Of a stretch of DNA of 64,000 nt, positions 38,296 to 49,500 are shown piece by piece. Position 1 is the first letter of the stretch; the number at the start of each line of letters is the position of its first letter. The position numbers were made by a program, and so were the translations under genes. Location of the stretch: contig CDRNVI010000093.1 of assembly GCA_977017575.1 (NCBI GenBank), positions 1-64,000 of the forward strand, in the 5' to 3' direction. Source of the DNA: Paramoeba atlantica (taxonomy: Eukaryota; Protista; Discosea). The notes beneath the pieces were generated by a model that was not told the origin of the DNA, did not search any database, and saw nothing but the letters and a program-made list of their open reading frames with translations.

Positions 38296-40152
38296 CTAGT
38301 TTTCTGTAATTTCATTTTCTGACACACCAGAATCAGAAACAAATGGCTCTATAGTAAATTCCATGTACGTTACGGGATATGAAATATCAAAATTGCTTAG
38401 GACCTCGGGATGTAATACGCCGATACATCCAATGTTCTGCATAGAAGAATCTTTCCGCGTGTTAATTACGATATCAGCCCCTCGTCCAGGTAAAAAGAAA
38501 TCTTGATCGTCTGATTTCATAACATTGAGCTTTGGGACTTCCAACTTTTCCATTATGTGTTCAAGTACCCCACGTAAACAATGAAAAGCACTGCGATCGG
38601 CCGTGCAACATAAAGCCGCGACATGTCTTTTGTTCCGGGCTCCCGTGCGAGCGGTCACATCCTTCAAAACCACGTCAGTGACCTCAAATAACTGTATTGG
38701 AAGTGCATGGTGTAAATTATGTATTAAGAAACGTAATGTTCCTGGAAGTAGAGAAGTCCGACAAATTTGATAATCATGCGTTTTAGGATTTGCGATTTGT
38801 ACCGCCGAGTTGTCCTCTTTGCGGCGCAACATTCGGGATGTCTCATCACGACTGCAGAGACTGGTAGTCAGAATCTCGCTGTAGCCACAGGTAGCGATTT
38901 CGAGACGAAGTAAGTGAGATAGTTTTTCCAGTCTGTTTTGCGTTCCTGAGCTCAAAGTAGGAACAATCGGATCCCGTTGCACAAGTTTATCATATCCAAA
39001 AGCAATCGCAACGTCTTCCATAATGTCACACTCGTGCAGAATATCCGGTCGCTGTATAGGTACTTGCACTTCCAGTAGATCGTCATTTGAACTCGGATCG
39101 GCTTCGATTTGCATTTTACGAAGCAGTGATGCACAGATTGAAGGAGTGAGCTCTTCGTGAAAAAGGCCTATTTGCGTCGCAAGTCTACTTGTGCTGCACG
39201 TCATGCTTCTACTTCCAAGGCTAGGGGTAAGCTCAGATTTTCTCCCGTCTTCGTACTTCAGTTCAACTGGTTCAATGGTAAAGGGATCCTTACAATACAT
39301 TGAAAAGGAGGCTACCAGCAGTTGAAGTAGATTGTCTGTTTTTTTCTTGTCTACTCCTGTGCACTCAATAAAGACATCCCGAGTGGAAAGAGAGATTGCG
39401 CTGTAAGCCGAATTTATTATGGGGGGGAGGGAAAGCACTTCCGGCACGGAATCTCTGACTATCGGGTAATTTGGGAACGGGGAAAGCAGAGATACGTACT
39501 TCGATATAAATTTGTCATCCTTGTAATATTCTGCAAGTCCGTTTTCGGCGCAACTCAATGTGGTGCTCTGCTTCAATGGGACGAACTGGATCACATTTCT
39601 CGGCTGTGCATCGTAGAAAAATGGAGGACGTATTTTGGAGAGGTCATGTGTTCCAACTGAGGCTAAACTTCGTCGACGTGCCAAACTTTGGTGAAGTTTA
39701 TCCTGAAAGTCTATGAAAGATGCTAAGGAAGTGGTCGTAAAATTAAGCTCTCGCAAAATTGCGCACGATATGAACTCCCGAACATGCTTCACAGAACGCA
39801 TAACGTGGACAGTAACCAAGGAAGAAGGGCGGATTAATCGATGACATGGCGTTGGAATGAGACCTAGAAAAACTTTTAGTGCAACAGCCATGCCTTCGAC
39901 ACTTAGGAGGTCATGCCGATTCGCGGGACAATCGATCTTAAAAATGATATCGTTATTTTCAGCAGAGAAGTCGCTCGTGCGAGCAATCTTCTCTCCCATC
40001 TCTTTCGCTTTCATTTCTTCTGGGGTAGTTATCTCATCGAGTTCCACACCGAAGCGAAAGCAGATGTCGGCGAATTCTACGTCAGAAAATGTTTTTCCAA
40101 GAAGCTCAAATAGATATGAGCGGATGCAAGTCAGGGTGGGCATAAAAAGCAA
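38296..40152 (-). CDS. FARSB: Phenylalanyl-tRNA synthetase beta subunit
   Basis: FGVELDE, PANRHDLLSVEG, QDKLHQ, SLPPIINS, RPDILHECDIMEDVAIAFGY and ANPKT. Confidence 0.97.
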   Translation of the reverse strand: MLFMPTLTCIRSYLFELLGKTFSDVEFADICFRFGVELDEITTPEEMKAKEMGEKIARTSDFSAENNDIIFKIDCPANRHDLLSVEGMAVALKVFLGLIPTPCHRLIRPSSLVTVHVMRSVKHVREFISCAILRELNFTTTSLASFIDFQDKLHQSLARRRSLASVGTHDLSKIRPPFFYDAQPRNVIQFVPLKQSTTLSCAENGLAEYYKDDKFISKYVSLLSPFPNYPIVRDSVPEVLSLPPIINSAYSAISLSTRDVFIECTGVDKKKTDNLLQLLVASFSMYCKDPFTIEPVELKYEDGRKSELTPSLGSRSMTCSTSRLATQIGLFHEELTPSICASLLRKMQIEADPSSNDDLLEVQVPIQRPDILHECDIMEDVAIAFGYDKLVQRDPIVPTLSSGTQNRLEKLSHLLRLEIATCGYSEILTTSLCSRDETSRMLRRKEDNSAVQIANPKTHDYQICRTSLLPGTLRFLIHNLHHALPIQLFEVTDVVLKDVTARTGARNKRHVAALCCTADRSAFHCLRGVLEHIMEKLEVPKLNVMKSDDQDFFLPGRGADIVINTRKDSSMQNIGCIGVLHPEVLSNFDISYPVTYMEFTIEPFVSDSGVSENEITEN

Positions 40153-40328
40153 GTACTTCTATAAGATTTTTGTGGATATCTGTCATGTATCATATTCAAG
40201 ATGAAATATGTTTTCTTTTAATTCTGACTAATTAATTCAAGAAATGAGACCAAAATTTATTTGCCAAAAACAATATGGTCAAAATGTGGTCTCCTGCTGT
40301 AGATCATCACAGTAGGGTGTTAGAGCGT

Positions 40329-41471
40329 CTACGATAATATATTACTACTTTGAAGCAGAAAATTTGATCTAGCCTGAGCTATGATGTTTGCCGCACAGTT
40401 GGGTAGCGTGTCAATAGAATTTCCACAACTATCCCCCAGTTTCACGCGCAGCTCTGGGTAGTGAGCAAAGAGGTGAAACAAAAGTTTAAACAAATGTGCT
40501 TTCACGTGCGAGGCAACAGCTCCGTACCTTTGACTGTACTCTAGGTAACGCCGTACAACATCTTCTACTGTATCAATCAAGCACACGTCAAGAGGCAATA
40601 GTTTTTTATACCTACCGTTGTACAAGATTTGACCAGTGGGTTTTAAAAAAAGTCGGGGATCGTACAACAGACCTTCCGCAGACAATATGCCTGCACATCC
40701 GGTCGCGCGTAGACAATGTTCCACATCGTCTCCAGTTAAAATATTACCATTCGCCAGCACGGGAACGTACGGCAATGCCTCTCGAATGGCTCGAATTTGC
40801 TCCCAATCCGCAAGACTTGTCTGTGCTCCTTTCATCTCTCGCGTTCTTCCATGCACGGCCAGCATCCACGCCCCCGCCTCTACCACCATCCGAGCATACG
40901 CGACTGTTTTCTCCACATCCGGGTAAACCCTAATCTTCGCCGTCACCGGAACCCTCAACTCCACCGCAAGCGTGTGAATGATCCTATGAATCAACGCCCA
41001 ATCCTCCATTAGAAAACTCCCATAGTGTCCACGTCGTGCAATCCCTTGAGGACACCCTAAATTCAAGTCCACCGCATCACAGTGGTTCTCAACATACTGT
41101 GCCGCGGACAGTACGGTTGTTGGGGAGTTCCCACAGAACTGAACCACCAGCGGTCGGTCCCCTTCACACGTCGTAAACTCACGTCGGCGGTAGACCTCAC
41201 TGTGGGAAAACTGCGCACTGTGGAACATCGGGGTGTAGCACAGCTCGGCGCCGTAGGACCGGCACAGCATGCGAAACGCTAATGCGCTCTGGTCCACCAT
41301 GGGGGCCAGGACGTAGCGGGGGGACCGGAGTGCGTCGCGGTAGAAAGACCAGCGGCTCGGGTAGTGTTGGCGCGCGAGGGGGGGAAAGGGCTCGTCACGG
41401 GTTGCGTAGGGGTTCTCGGCGCAGTAGGGACAATCGTTGGAGATATCGGAGAGGGAAGTGGGGGGTGCCAT
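40329..41471 (-). CDS. DUS1: tRNA-dihydrouridine(16/17) synthase
   Basis: LAPMVDQS, DRPLVVQFCGN, DLNLGCPQGIARRGHYGSFL, VHGRTRE and ANGNI. Confidence 0.96.
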   Translation of the reverse strand: MAPPTSLSDISNDCPYCAENPYATRDEPFPPLARQHYPSRWSFYRDALRSPRYVLAPMVDQSALAFRMLCRSYGAELCYTPMFHSAQFSHSEVYRRREFTTCEGDRPLVVQFCGNSPTTVLSAAQYVENHCDAVDLNLGCPQGIARRGHYGSFLMEDWALIHRIIHTLAVELRVPVTAKIRVYPDVEKTVAYARMVVEAGAWMLAVHGRTREMKGAQTSLADWEQIRAIREALPYVPVLANGNILTGDDVEHCLRATGCAGILSAEGLLYDPRLFLKPTGQILYNGRYKKLLPLDVCLIDTVEDVVRRYLEYSQRYGAVASHVKAHLFKLLFHLFAHYPELRVKLGDSCGNSIDTLPNCAANIIAQARSNFLLQSSNILS

Positions 41472-41926
41472 CCGGGGGGGAGTTAAAGAAGTGGGTAAGG
41501 GAGGTAGGGTTGTGTTGAAGAGTGCATGTTACGGTAGTGATAAAGACGACGGTGAATATTCATGTGAAGTTCTATATTTTCGTTTCCGAACGTTTTTCTT
41601 TTTTTATCTCGTGCGCATTGCTGGTCATTATTTCTGGTATTTTGGTCTTTTTCAAAAGTTGGCTGGGTCAGAGATTCAGTAAAGTTATTGTGCTATAGCT
41701 TTTTAGAAAGGCATTTTTTATAATACGAATACGAGTAATAAGGGGTGCTATTTTACTAAAAATGCCAAGCACTATTCTTATTCGGCATAAGTGGCACTAA
41801 AGTTTGTATGGGAAACGCTTTTGTTACGGGGCTCATAGAAGTAACTTTACATGCTTGACTTTTTTAAAATAATATGTGACGTTTCCCTTGGACGGCTTTA
41901 AAGAGGTTATGCAAAAAGGAACAGCA

Positions 41927-42796
41927 TTATTCTTTGTTGATCATATTCTCAGATGTCTCAGCAAGCTCTACAGGTGTCGCAGCGGCACGCAACAGTTCTG
42001 CCTCTTCACCCTTGCTTAAATTCAAACCTTCTTGTCTCATTTTCAAAAGTATAATAAGAACCTTTTTTACTTCTTGTTGTGCAATTAAGCGGTCAATCAG
42101 GCGCAAGTAAGTACCGCGTTTGTCGGGCACATTGTGGAATAAGATGGATCCATCGTTATCGTTGGTTATTGCAGGTCTTGTGCGACTTGTTCTCATCATT
42201 TCATTGTATCGCTTGTATATCGACTGAATGTGGTATCGGTCCAAGTTGAGGTTCCGTATATAGGGACGAATAAAGGAGTATTGGCCAAAGAATAGCTTGA
42301 AATCTACCACCAAATCTTTTATTACAGGCATGTTCGGCAGTGGTCCAACAACTGTATGTTTCTGGGCATAAGTAACACAGGCAAGTGAGTTTACACCATT
42401 TATATTCATTGCACAACTACCACATACCCCCTCGCAGCATGAAGCTCGAAAGGCTAGGCTTGGGTCTTGGTGAGCTTTTACCGCGACTAATAGATCGAGT
42501 ACCATAAAGTCATTTGTCTTCTTGAAAGAATAACTGTCAAGTTTCTGAGTGTTGCACGACGGATCAAAGCGCGAGATCTGCAACACGCCGTTTGCATTTT
42601 CTGACATTGGGTTCAGATTATCACTTTCTTCGACATTCGTAATTTCTGCGCTGGTACTGGACTGATGTCTCAAGCCGCTCTGATATAACAGAAAGGTGGA
42701 TCGGTGTCTAGAGGAGGTCACAAGAGAAGATATGCTTGTACTCGCTACAGCTCTCAAAAAGGGTGACATTATAAAAATATTATGTAGCGATTCCAA
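41927..42796 (-). CDS. SDH2N: Succinate dehydrogenase iron-sulfur subunit, N-terminal half (split SDH2N)
   Basis: AFRASCCEGVCGSCAMNINGVNSLAC and PLPNMPVIKDLVVD ([2Fe-2S] domain). The [4Fe-4S]/[3Fe-4S] Cys motifs are absent and replaced by an unrelated helical tail. Confidence 0.93.
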   Translation of the reverse strand: MESLHNIFIMSPFLRAVASTSISSLVTSSRHRSTFLLYQSGLRHQSSTSAEITNVEESDNLNPMSENANGVLQISRFDPSCNTQKLDSYSFKKTNDFMVLDLLVAVKAHQDPSLAFRASCCEGVCGSCAMNINGVNSLACVTYAQKHTVVGPLPNMPVIKDLVVDFKLFFGQYSFIRPYIRNLNLDRYHIQSIYKRYNEMMRTSRTRPAITNDNDGSILFHNVPDKRGTYLRLIDRLIAQQEVKKVLIILLKMRQEGLNLSKGEEAELLRAAATPVELAETSENMINKE

Positions 42797-43027
42797 AAGG
42801 GGTGCGTAATCCCTTTAAAAAACGAATGTGTAGTACCATATTTTTTTAATGAATTAAATTGTAAGCCGCTGCAATTTTGATTAACAGTATAACAGAGCCT
42901 CAAGTTACGTTGTCATATCATAAACTGTATACCAAAACAAAATAGTACTTTCAAAATCGAAAATTAGGCAACCCTTTAAGAAAATTCCTTTTGAAGTCAT
43001 TGTAATATAAAAGGAAATACGAAGCAA

Positions 43028-44410
43028 TTATCGACTTTTCTTTCTACGAGACTTTTTGACGCTTGATTTAATCGAGTTCTCTAATTCCTTGGTATTGGAG
43101 GTTTCTTTTACATAATCGCCGAACGTATCTAATTTTTTTTTGCGAAGGTGAAGTCTTTCCCCTATTGAAAGTTTTTTAGTATCTGGGCTAACTGAGCTTT
43201 GTGCTTCATTTCGCGCTTTTGTGGAGTTTGATGCTCGCCATTTTTTTGTGTTAAAGTCTTTCGTAGAACCTCTGCGTAAGCGCTTATTTGTTGTGCCTTC
43301 CATGTTTTCGCCGAATTCACTTCCGTCCAGCACTTCCTCCTCGGATGACCTCGTTCGCCGAGACCTACTAGCGGCACTTGGCTTAGTTTGCTTATTTTGA
43401 AAGATCAGTTCATTCGTAGAACTGATACTTGTGGTCCGATGTAATCGATCTTTATTGCGCGGTGTGCTAATTAATTCCTCAGCACTTCGAGGGGTCGGTA
43501 ATGAGTGCATATTAAAGTGCTCATTCGTAATCACCCGCTTAAATTCCGAGGGGGTAAACGATAGCCGTACACCATTCGTAGAGGAGGGTGAAAAGTCAGC
43601 ATCCAAGGTAGTAGTGTTCAAGTTTGGACGATCTTCGTTTGACGAACAGCTATGAAGGTAAGAGTTTTCCGAATGATATCCGCTCCTGCCATCATGCGCC
43701 CAAGGTGTTTGCTGCTCCAAAGCATCAGAAAAAGGTGTCATGGGTGTAATGGCAACAGAGTGTGCATGCGTAAAAGTCATTTGACAAGCTCTGTCCTCGG
43801 AATTGCTCTCTGCTGATTTAGTAGAAAGCTCAACTACTTCCCGCGGCGATTCAGTCTGCGAACCACAACTCACAGTTTGTGTGTAATGCGAACTTCTAAT
43901 CCCCAGATCGTTGTAAGAATCCTTTACGAAGGGAACATCGCAACGATTCTCTGGTGATGGTACCTCGTATGTGGTGTAAACTGTTGAGTAGCGGTTTGAT
44001 AGCGTTTTCGACATAGTAGATCTTGACTCTGAGTCGAGAGCTAAATGCTGCCCTTTTAACTGAGCCACATATAGTTGAGAACACAGCAGGCGCAGACGAG
44101 TTAGCTCGGATCGGGATTCACTTAACTGACTAACAGCTGATGCAAGTCTCGCTTGGACTTCCTTGATGTCTTTTTCTCCTTCGAAACGCCCAGCGGATAA
44201 ATCAGAATTGTGCGCTGAAATTTTCGGGAAAGTACTCTCACTCGAAATCACGGTCGGGTTAAAGGTAATCATCGAATGACAAAGAGTAGCATATCTGAGT
44301 TCAAGAATCACATAATATCTATTTCGATTGTTTGTGTTTCGATTAAGTTTCAATAGCTCTAAACAATTTGTATACATTTTCGTATTTACGTATTGTATAC
44401 TAGCATCCAT
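43028..44410 (-). CDS. Hypothetical Ser/Thr-rich protein with a short coiled coil and a basic C-terminus
   Basis: 460-aa ORF on the cluster strand; no domain was recognised. Confidence 0.65.
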   Translation of the reverse strand: MDASIQYVNTKMYTNCLELLKLNRNTNNRNRYYVILELRYATLCHSMITFNPTVISSESTFPKISAHNSDLSAGRFEGEKDIKEVQARLASAVSQLSESRSELTRLRLLCSQLYVAQLKGQHLALDSESRSTMSKTLSNRYSTVYTTYEVPSPENRCDVPFVKDSYNDLGIRSSHYTQTVSCGSQTESPREVVELSTKSAESNSEDRACQMTFTHAHSVAITPMTPFSDALEQQTPWAHDGRSGYHSENSYLHSCSSNEDRPNLNTTTLDADFSPSSTNGVRLSFTPSEFKRVITNEHFNMHSLPTPRSAEELISTPRNKDRLHRTTSISSTNELIFQNKQTKPSAASRSRRTRSSEEEVLDGSEFGENMEGTTNKRLRRGSTKDFNTKKWRASNSTKARNEAQSSVSPDTKKLSIGERLHLRKKKLDTFGDYVKETSNTKELENSIKSSVKKSRRKKSR

Positions 44411-44424
44411 ACATTATTATATTA

Positions 44425-44514
44425 CTGTGACCCCCCCTTTATACTTCGCCTATTTTGAGCAGTAACGAAGTATAAAGGGGGGCCTGACCAGCGAAATATA
44501 AAGGGGGGTCACAG
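44425..44514. mobile_element. 90-bp TA-flanked MITE
   Basis: CTGTGACCCCCCCTTTATA...TATAAAGGGGGGTCACAG, with TA at 44423-44424 and 44515-44516, plus an internal inverted copy CGAAGTATAAAGGGGGG. Confidence 0.85.
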
Positions 44515-44521
44515 TATTTGT

Positions 44522-46237
44522 CTATTTCCGGCTCCTATAGAATATATCTCCATTCAAATATTCTTTTTCTGCGTGTCGAACCATGAAATCCTCGAACACT
44601 TTTTCTATGGACGCAGCTGAGTTCGCGAAAGACTGATAAGCAAACGAACGAGTGCATAGGAACAGAAGAGGAAACGCTGGATCGGGATAGTTTCTTGTTT
44701 CTGAATCACTTCTCCAAGCGTAAGGATGTGGCGTGGGGTGATCTAAATTTTCCGTCTCTTTATCAAACAATATCATTGGGATGTTTGGACTGTGTTCGAA
44801 GGAAACCTGTGCATCGATTGTATTTGAAATCCCATTCAAATCTTCAATGGGAATGGAACACGAGGGTCGGAAAACTGGAAGTAAGAAAGGTAAAATCTCT
44901 CTTTTAGACCACCTACTTCGCAGCTGAAAAAGTGTTTGTAGCATATGCAAGGCACTACCCTTTGGGAGGTGGTCAGGATAGCAATATTGCCACGTCAACG
45001 GAGATTCCGAATTTGTATTTTGTTCGCATTCCGCAACGCTAGGTTCAAGAGTGCGAACTGCAATGCCTCCAAGGATTTCATCTAGTGTATCAAACAAAGT
45101 GAGCACACCACCGGACTTACAATGTTGTGTCGATTCAGAGGAAGGATCTACTCCGGAACCTTGCGCCACACATAAAGCTATATCTGGATGTAAGGAACTC
45201 TTCAATGCTTCTAATAGCTTCTCGTCATTGAGAGGGACAGCTCCATCTTGTAAAATCAACGCCGTCTTATGCTGGATATAGGATCGCAGGCAAAGATGGA
45301 GACCAACCAGAAAGGATGAGCATTTCTTTTCCAGACGTTTTGGTATTATAATGTGCCTTTCATCCACATGTATTCTACGATACATTCCAAATCTCTCCGC
45401 CGCGAATTGCAACACTTTTAGCGGAAAGATTTCATGAAGGGCATCAACGGCGACGTAGAGCGGAACACGGTCTATTCTCCCGTCGAGTTCTTCGTATGGT
45501 GTCTGCATACGTGCCGCCGACAACTGGGCTATCATTGCGTCAATGACTTCATCTAAGACGCGCGGGTGAAGACGTTGCAATGTGGCGGATGAGAATAGTC
45601 GAAGCCCCTCCCTTAGAAGTTCATTCTTAATTTCTTGACTACTTGCGCTTGCTGCTGCATAGTATTTTTCAGGAGTGTATCCACCCCGTTGTACTTCGGG
45701 TCCCTTTGACACTGCCCGGGCAGTTTTGTATGACAAATCTGATGCCAGAGCAGGAAAAGTGCTTTGGTCCTGAGTAAGCTCGTAATACGCGCAATTTTGA
45801 ATCATTGAGTAGATTACTGAGAAGTCGGGTCGTATACGTTCGAGTGATGCGGCAAACGAGCTATTTGGGCTCCACCAAACAGTGAGTGATATATTTTCAC
45901 CAGAATTGTGCAATACTGGTCCGAGCAACAAGGTTGAGCTGTGCTCCGTCTTTGTAATACGGTATGTTCCTTCACTAGTGCACGCTACAGCTGGATTAGG
46001 CTGAGTACGGCTTTTCGCATCTTTTTCAATGTTTGATGTTTCTTCCACATCCCTTGTAATGCCTCTAAGGCTCAAATTTACGACATCCTTAAGTACCTCT
46101 GGCCTATATTGTGGCACTAGTAAATGCAAAGGAATGTCAAATAGAAAGAGTTCTTCAGAATCAACCGAATTACTCTCGGCAGAGTTGTATTCTTGCCTAA
46201 TTTGGCCACTATTGTTTTGACTCCAATTTACTTGCAT
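44522..46237 (-). CDS. DCC1: Sister chromatid cohesion protein Dcc1 (Ctf18-RFC)
   Basis: LSLRG...AVACTSEGTYRITKTEHSSTLLL and the C-terminal LQTLFQLRSRWSKREILPFL. Confidence 0.82.
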   Translation of the reverse strand: MQVNWSQNNSGQIRQEYNSAESNSVDSEELFLFDIPLHLLVPQYRPEVLKDVVNLSLRGITRDVEETSNIEKDAKSRTQPNPAVACTSEGTYRITKTEHSSTLLLGPVLHNSGENISLTVWWSPNSSFAASLERIRPDFSVIYSMIQNCAYYELTQDQSTFPALASDLSYKTARAVSKGPEVQRGGYTPEKYYAAASASSQEIKNELLREGLRLFSSATLQRLHPRVLDEVIDAMIAQLSAARMQTPYEELDGRIDRVPLYVAVDALHEIFPLKVLQFAAERFGMYRRIHVDERHIIIPKRLEKKCSSFLVGLHLCLRSYIQHKTALILQDGAVPLNDEKLLEALKSSLHPDIALCVAQGSGVDPSSESTQHCKSGGVLTLFDTLDEILGGIAVRTLEPSVAECEQNTNSESPLTWQYCYPDHLPKGSALHMLQTLFQLRSRWSKREILPFLLPVFRPSCSIPIEDLNGISNTIDAQVSFEHSPNIPMILFDKETENLDHPTPHPYAWRSDSETRNYPDPAFPLLFLCTRSFAYQSFANSAASIEKVFEDFMVRHAEKEYLNGDIFYRSRK

Positions 46238-46590
46238 TAATTATCCTGCAGGTCGAATTCTACGTGTCTACTTGAATTTTATAGCATGAGATTCAAACTA
46301 CAAAAGAAGTTCTTTTAAAGAAACCTAGGCTGTAAAGACGAGGGAGATACTAAAAGTTGTACCTTTGGTAAACTAACGGAAAAATGGAACGGTCTCTCTC
46401 GGCTTGCAAAGGATTCCAATGTTCCATACATAAAAAAGAAATTAGCGTGCAAAATGTTTCCATTTTTTCGGCTCGTCAAAGCGGATCACAGAACTCCTTA
46501 CAGGTAGTTCTCAAAAGTCTAATGAAAAAAAAAATTAAATCAACGAAAACCCCGTTTGCTCTACCCTTTCTTCTATTCTGATGATATGCT

Positions 46591-49500
46591 TCATGAAGAT
46601 CCACGTTGTCCCATAGATGAATGTAAACGTGCTACATGATACTTGTATCTAGCAACTGAGCTTCTAGAAAGTTTGAGCTCGTGCGTTTGATAGAATAACG
46701 CCATCCAATAATGAGTCAAAGGAGACGTTTGTTCCATAGTAGTATATACAGTTTCGATTACCCGTTGACTCGGGTGAGGTAGTTTTGCCGGGGCTCGTAT
46801 GATGAGTGAAATAAGTGTTTTTAGCACCTCGTTAAGTAAATGCGTTTGAACTTTCGTTTTCGATATCGGGAACAGTTGCTCTAGGTGACTAGATGTTTCT
46901 TCTAACTTGTTGCTTTCAATGAATGTCGTCTTCTGTGTATTTAAGGGAAAAGATAAGACGATTATTCGCTGCATATGATGCAAGGCAATTTCCCAGGGGG
47001 TAACTTTTAGAAGCATTCTCGTGACAAAAATTTGTGTTTTGGGAAGAAATGGTACCTTCTCCTGCCAACAAAGCTGAAGCATTGTCAGGCAGTTTCTCCA
47101 TCGTACGCCAATCTCAGAATATCTCTTCGTCGCAACATAGGCGTCGCAAGCAGACGATTCGTTCTCCCTTTCTATCAGTTCTTTTAACGAATAAGTGATC
47201 TTGAAACCGACTACACATGCCCAATTAAGAAGTGAAATGTACTTGGAAGGTCGCTCCTCTAAATTCGAAAGCCCGACTTCTATGCGCTTATTCTCCAATA
47301 GCGCTAAGGATCTCTGGTTCTTTTCGTCTAAAAGGTATCGACCATGTTGGCATAGTGATTTCCGCAAAATTACAAACGCGGTTTTCAGACGCCTTAGCTT
47401 CCAGCATAACTGAATTCCTAGAATATTTATTTGCAGAATATACTGTGCACGAGCCGCTCTAATTTGCGCTGCCTGAGCTGTCTCCAATCCCTCATTATGA
47501 GATGTAAAGTCCAACTCATTCACTATTTTCAAAACAAATTGCCACATATTATGGCCCTGAGCAAGCGTGAAGCAAAGTGCTAATGTAGGATCATGCGATA
47601 TATGCAGTTTATCACGTGGACGTTGACGTACTCTTTCTTTAATTTCGAGCAAAGGGCAACTTGTAGCTTTTTGTTCATTATAAAAATTATAGAGCCGAAC
47701 ACTTCGTTTCCATTGGCGCGCTTGATGTAGCAGGCATATCGTGGCGCCGATCGTTCTAGGTTGTAATGCAGCCTTTAATCCTAAATTCTGCCATACCTTT
47801 TTCCCATCGTCCAAGATATTGCTACATGCGGTACTCAAGAGGGCCATAGCCTTGTTCCAATTTCCGGGACAAAATCGAGCCAGGCAAGAAAAAATAATAT
47901 CGGCGAAAAGAATCTGAGGTGGAAAGCAGAAAGACTTGTCCTCAGTTCTTGTTGAGAAGACTAATTCAAGTGCACTCGACCAAGAGTCTGCAAATTCCGT
48001 ACCAAATGAATGACTATTTGTGCTTTTGACAACGTTTTTTCCTATCGCTGACGGAAACGTCAAAAAACGAAGTAATCTCTGACAAAATTCGTAGGAGTAC
48101 AAAGCAAGTGTCTCGCTACAGGCATGTGATTGCCCAGGAGAGGTGTTATTTACAATAGCTTCAACGGGCAGTGAATATGAAAGGCGCAATGCCCATCCCA
48201 ACATCCTTATAGCTACATCAGTAGACAACGACGAGTGGTGTAGAGCACGTTTCTGCAGTAATTCTGCTATAAAGGCACGGATAAGAAGAAATAAGTAGCC
48301 CTGCGATGATATTGAATGGGAGTCTGTCGCTCTACTCTGCGTAGACAGAGCGCGAAGCGCTGCTAAAGACGATTTCCAATCCCCCGCGAAACTGGCAAGC
48401 CGTGCCAGTGGATTCCATATTGATACCCCGGATCTTTTTAGAAAGTCTGAGTAGTACATATTAGTAGGCACGTCAAGAAAATTCTCCTGGTATGTCTTGT
48501 TTTGATCCCTACTCAAGGAATGTGTACGGTTGAGTGGCTCCCAACAAAATCGAATAAAAAGCGAGACTGGAATCTTGTATCTTATGAAATCTATGATTAG
48601 AGCCCATGCTTGTTCGTTCGCCATAAGTGCCGGATCCTTCTTGGCTATTAGATGAAGGTTTTCGCTCAAGTGGCTCAAAATATTCCAAAGTTTTTGACTT
48701 ACCGGGCGACGCATAGCGAAGTTCAAGTCGTTTAAGGATTGTAATGTCGCGGGCAGGGATGACCCCCCTTCCAAAATTACGTTGCTGTCGCCTTCATGTG
48801 ACTGAGTTGCGGTTCTTGAGCTCACGAGGCTTTGAAAAAGAAGTTGATAGTGATGCAAGAGTACTGCTACTGGAATCAAAAAATCATCTGAATGCACGAC
48901 AAACTGGTAAAGATAACTTGGTGCCAGTTTAGCCAATGCACTGATAATAATTTTGCGGAGCGCATCGTCGTCTCTGAGTTGTGATCCCATTTCAGGTGGA
49001 GATGTGTTCTCATTACACATCATGAGTACGTACTGCCAGCGTCCAAACTGCACTGCTGTAACTAATAGCATTTCCAAGCAAGACTTTGATATTACTGTGT
49101 AGTCCAAAGCTGAAAATTGTTTTTTCTCTCCTGTTTTTCGATTCCTGATCTCATCAGTCTTTGGCGAAACTGGAGATTTCGCAGATACTAATTTAGGTGA
49201 AGAAAGCAGAGCCTCAAAAAGAACAGTATCCGTGGAGCACATGATAAAGAGGCGAAGGACGGCACTTCGTAGAGGATCGGATACATATGGCTCACTGCGA
49301 ACTTGATGCAAAACAATACGACAGCAATCCATCCAACGAGCCTTTTTTACAGCGACATCAAGACACAGCGTCAACGCCTCTTTCGACAAGCTCGTTTGCC
49401 GAATGTTGTGGTAAAACTTCATACATAGATCAGTCTTTGTATGAAGTGATCGGACCATACCATTTGCAACAATCGAGAGCACAGGAGCGCATGTCGCTTT

